Shown piece by piece: positions 60,520 through 64,000 of a stretch of 64,000 nucleotides of DNA. The DNA is from Octopus bimaculoides. Lineage: Eukaryota. A program made the translations under genes and the position numbers. Positions within the stretch are counted from its first letter, which is position 1. Each line of letters starts with the position of its first letter. The notes under the pieces were generated by a model that was not told the origin of the DNA, made no database searches, and saw only the letters and a program-made list of their open reading frames with translations. The stretch lies in assembly GCF_001194135.2 (NCBI RefSeq), contig NC_068982.1:313488-377487 (forward strand). The letters are read 5' to 3'.

Positions 60520-62756
60520 CTGCAAATTTAAAGAGTTGATTGATTTAGATTTAATGGCAATGCATAGAGATTTCCTTTTGTAAGCAAATAGTAGCTAGGC
60601 TGAAAATATAATCTATAAAAGGTAAAAATAAGACAGCTCTTAAAATTTCAACGATTATTTTGATAAGTTGTTAGCATGCTCTAAATCTTCCTGTCAGAAA
60701 AGACAAGAATGCTGTTAAGCTGTTTTTAATAAATCCATATCAGTAAGAATGACTGACAGAAACTTTAAACCTCAATGGTTGAATATCAGTCAACACTACC
60801 AATGAATGGCTTTGGGAAAGTCTTGGATATATTTAAGCTACGATGACAGACAATGACAAGAGAGAAGTGATAGAAATGTAGCTTCACAAGTTAATGCACA
60901 ACATGGCATACATGAATTAAAGATGAAGTTGTCTGGAAATGACCTTTCTAATATTTCAAGGGTTAAGGCCATAGATATTTGGATAAGTGATCAATGAAAC
61001 GTTTGCCCTGAATGACCTTTCACTGCACCATTGCTACCAACCGAAACATAGGACCATAATAATGGCAGCACCAATGAAGGCGTTTGATGGACACTGGTAG
61101 GCATAACCAAACGGGTAGTGGCAGCAGGCTCTGAGAATGGACGACAGTGACTTTACAGAGTGACCCGTGAAGAGATGCAGTAACCCTTAGTATAGTAGAT
61201 CCCTAAAATTCTTCTTGGATACCAGTTGTGAAAAAACCTCAAAGGAAGGAGATCTTTAGTCTGTAAAAAAGTATTGCAACCAAACAGAAGGAACAAACAC
61301 TTGAAACATGTGGATAGATTTGTGTTGTGCTTGATTACTCTTGAAAATGCCATGAAGTAAATATAAGTTGCCAGGAATGTGTTTAGTATGTAAAATTGGT
61401 CTCTCCAACTGTGTTACACTACTAAGCTGATTGGGTATTTTAGCAGTGTGTTCACGGATGGTTAAAAAGTTGGATGGAGTGTTGAAGAAGGAGCAAGAAC
61501 CTCTGAAATGGGTATCATCCACCCATTACCCACCTGTCATCTATTTTTACTATCTTCATTTGCATTGTTTAGATGAATGCATTTATGTACAAAATGTTTG
61601 TAATGGTTAAGATTGATTAGGGACACAATAATATGAAATGTCGGAGTCAGCAGTTTTAACGATAAAAATTTGTTGTTATAACTGCATGTCGTAGGATGTG
61701 AAAGATGGACAATGGATGAAGTTTTAAGAAAGTATTTATTTACCGTTACGTTGAAAAATACCTTGCCTCATCGGGCAGGTTATAAAATCTGAGAGCATGT
61801 GAAAGTAAGTTGGATGTGGTAGAATTTTTCTTTGTATAGTTTTGTGTACATGTTCTCTTAGCAGTAAACCACTGATAGTGATAGAATGATGTTGTAAGAG
61901 AACAGATATAGAGCTAGTGAAAGTTGTAGGGTTGTGGGACATTGTCTCACAGTTGCTGACAGTAAATTTCATTTCTCCGTCTGACTATTGTCTTTAGTAG
62001 CTGCCTTGCTTGGGATCATGATTCTAACAGTCTGTTCCTTAACTGATTGAGTTGTCACGAGCCAACTCACTCAGTTGTCACCAAGTGACCTCTGGTTTTT
62101 GCTTGGGGGTTCTTGCTTTTATAACTATCCAGAAGGACAGACATACCGTTGAGAACCATGGGCTTCGTTGGTGGTGCTGTGATGTCTCTATTCTAGCTTT
62201 TGGTGAAGTAGAAGGGGTTATAAGGGTCAAGTGGGGAAGACATTATTTTGGCCTAGTTAAAAGGCAATCTGGCAAATGTAAAACTGCTGTCACTGAAAAA
62301 AAGCCATTGTTCTACTGTGGGAAAAGTTCTGTTGAATTGTTAATTTAAATTTGGCTATGGTGGATTGAATCCACTTCATGCTTGCAAGATTCACTACATG
62401 TTGTATCTTTCAGTGGTGGTTCTGAGTTCTATAGATGTAAACTTCAGAAATAAACAGAAGTAGTTATGCTGACATGCCTTTTAATTTCATTCTTGCATTG
62501 GATGACAGAAAGAAACATTTCAATTAAAACATTTGTTGAACTCTTACAACTTGATATCATTGACATTTCCATTGACATTCAGACAAACCTGCCCCAAAGC
62601 ATTTCAGGTTGTCCAGCATGACCCAAAGATCAGTACATGATGAACTCAAGGAGAAATATCATCAGTATAATGGACGTGTATTGCCAGTGTAGATGGTGTC
62701 TACAAATGAATGAAAACAATTTGTCAAGCAAAGTGAAACAAAGTTGGCATCATGAA

Positions 62757-63640
62757 TCATCATCATCATCATCGTTTAACGTCCGCTTTCCATGCTAGCA
62801 TGGGTTGGACGATTTGACTGAGGACTGGTGAAACCGGTTGGCAACACCAGGCTCCAGTCTAATTTGGCAGAGTTTCTACAGCTGGATGCCCTTCCTAACG
62901 CCAACCACTCAGAGAGTGTAGTGGGTGCTTTTACGTGTCACCCGCACGAAAACGGCCATGCTCGAAATGGTGTCTTTTATGTGCCACCCGCACAAGCCAG
63001 TCCAGGGGCACTGGCAACGATCTCACTCGAAAATCCTACAGGAGCCAGTCAGGCGGTACTGGCAACGGCCATGCTNNNNNNNNNNNNNNNNNNNNNNNNN
63101 NNNNNNNNNNNNNNNNNNNNNNNNNNNNNNNNNNNNNNNNNNNNNNNNNNNNNNNNNNNNNNNNNNNNNNNNNNNNNNNNNNNNNNNNNNNNNNNNNNNN
63201 NNNNNNNNNNNNNNNNNNNNNNNNNNNNNNNNNNNNNNNNNNNNNNNNNNNNNNNNNNNNNNNNNNNNNNNNNNNNNNNNNNNNNNNNNNNNNNNNNNNN
63301 NNNNNNNNNNNNNNNNNNNNNNNNNNNNNNNNNNNNNNNNNNNNNNNNNNNNNNNNNNNNNNNNNNNNNNNNNNNNNNNNNNNNNNNNNNNNNNNNNNNN
63401 NNNNNNNNNNNCTTCCACGGGTTCCCTCAACTGTTAGGGTGTGGCACTTTTTCACGCAGCTATCCTCATCCATTCTCACCACATGTCCATACCAGCGCAA
63501 TCGTCTCTCTTGCACACCACAACTGATGCTTCTAATGTTCAGCTTTTCTCTCAAGATACTTACACTCTGACGGGTATTCACATTGACATTACACATCCAA
63601 CGGAGCATACTGGCTTCATTCCTTGCAAGCTTACGTATGT
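62757..63640 (-). mobile_element. Young 5'-truncated RTE insertion
   Basis: (CAT)n tail at 62757; near-identical to the 5559-6025 and 36440-36680 copies. Confidence 0.92.
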
Positions 63641-64000
63641 CTGTTGCTATTAACCTCAAACACATGGATTCTTATCTTTGCCATTTACCCCGTGGCTTAC
63701 TATTGGCTTTCATACTATACTACAAACACTGAAAATAGATTCTAATTATTTACTTACAATGACTATTCACTTCTGGGACTACCATTTATTTTCCAGTAAA
63801 CATTGAAGTATGAAAATTAATCTATACAACTACCAGCAGAGCAGATCATAGTTTGATGCAATTTGTTTGAAATTTGTAACAGGACAAAAATGGATGATAA
63901 TGTATTTGTAGTAACTGTGTCAGTGGATCCTGTGCCAGTGGCACATGAAAAGCACCATTCGAGCATGATCATTGACAGCATCGCCTTACTGGCACATGAA

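Noticed and set aside
61741-61800. Possible RAB28 exon 1 end (GGC AAG|gtattt on -)
   Set aside because: In-frame TGA immediately precedes GGC and there is no GxxxxGK context. KPIVSHGVNGK near 63680 lacks a donor. Exon 1 is probably outside the window.
60520-62750. Unique moderate-GC sequence with short ORFs (61153-62348)
   Set aside because: No recognisable motif, frequent stops in all frames, no chainable exons.

Overview
AT-rich, repeat-dense animal genomic DNA with 8 N-gaps. The LINE/SINE content points to a cephalopod, most likely Octopus (inference). Two convergent spliced genes could be reconstructed by hand with consistent GT-AG phases. (1) EIF2AK3/PERK on +: 16 exons, 4732-42873, 2793 nt = 930 aa + stop; the 5' signal-peptide exon(s) were not found in the window. 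(2) RAB28-like GTPase on -: 5 exons, 60519-48975, 594 nt = 197 aa + stop; exon 1 with the P-loop was not found. Introns and intergenic DNA hold many RTE-clade LINE 3' ends with (GAT)n tails (some very young), CR1-like and HERO-like LINE relics, tRNA-derived SINEs, a decayed mariner, piggyBac- and Tigger-type MITEs and minisatellites. Most notable observations: the RAB28 G3 motif has lost its catalytic Gln (WDISGI instead of WDIGGQ); a decayed Penelope-type minimal hammerhead ribozyme lies in a PERK intron; PERK has a non-canonical glycine loop; the RTE 3' UTR carries a variable tandem hairpin array; and exon-like segments lie between the two genes. I found no convincing wholly new multi-gene system. 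Most ORFs in the supplied track are repeat-derived or spurious. TE boundaries are approximate.
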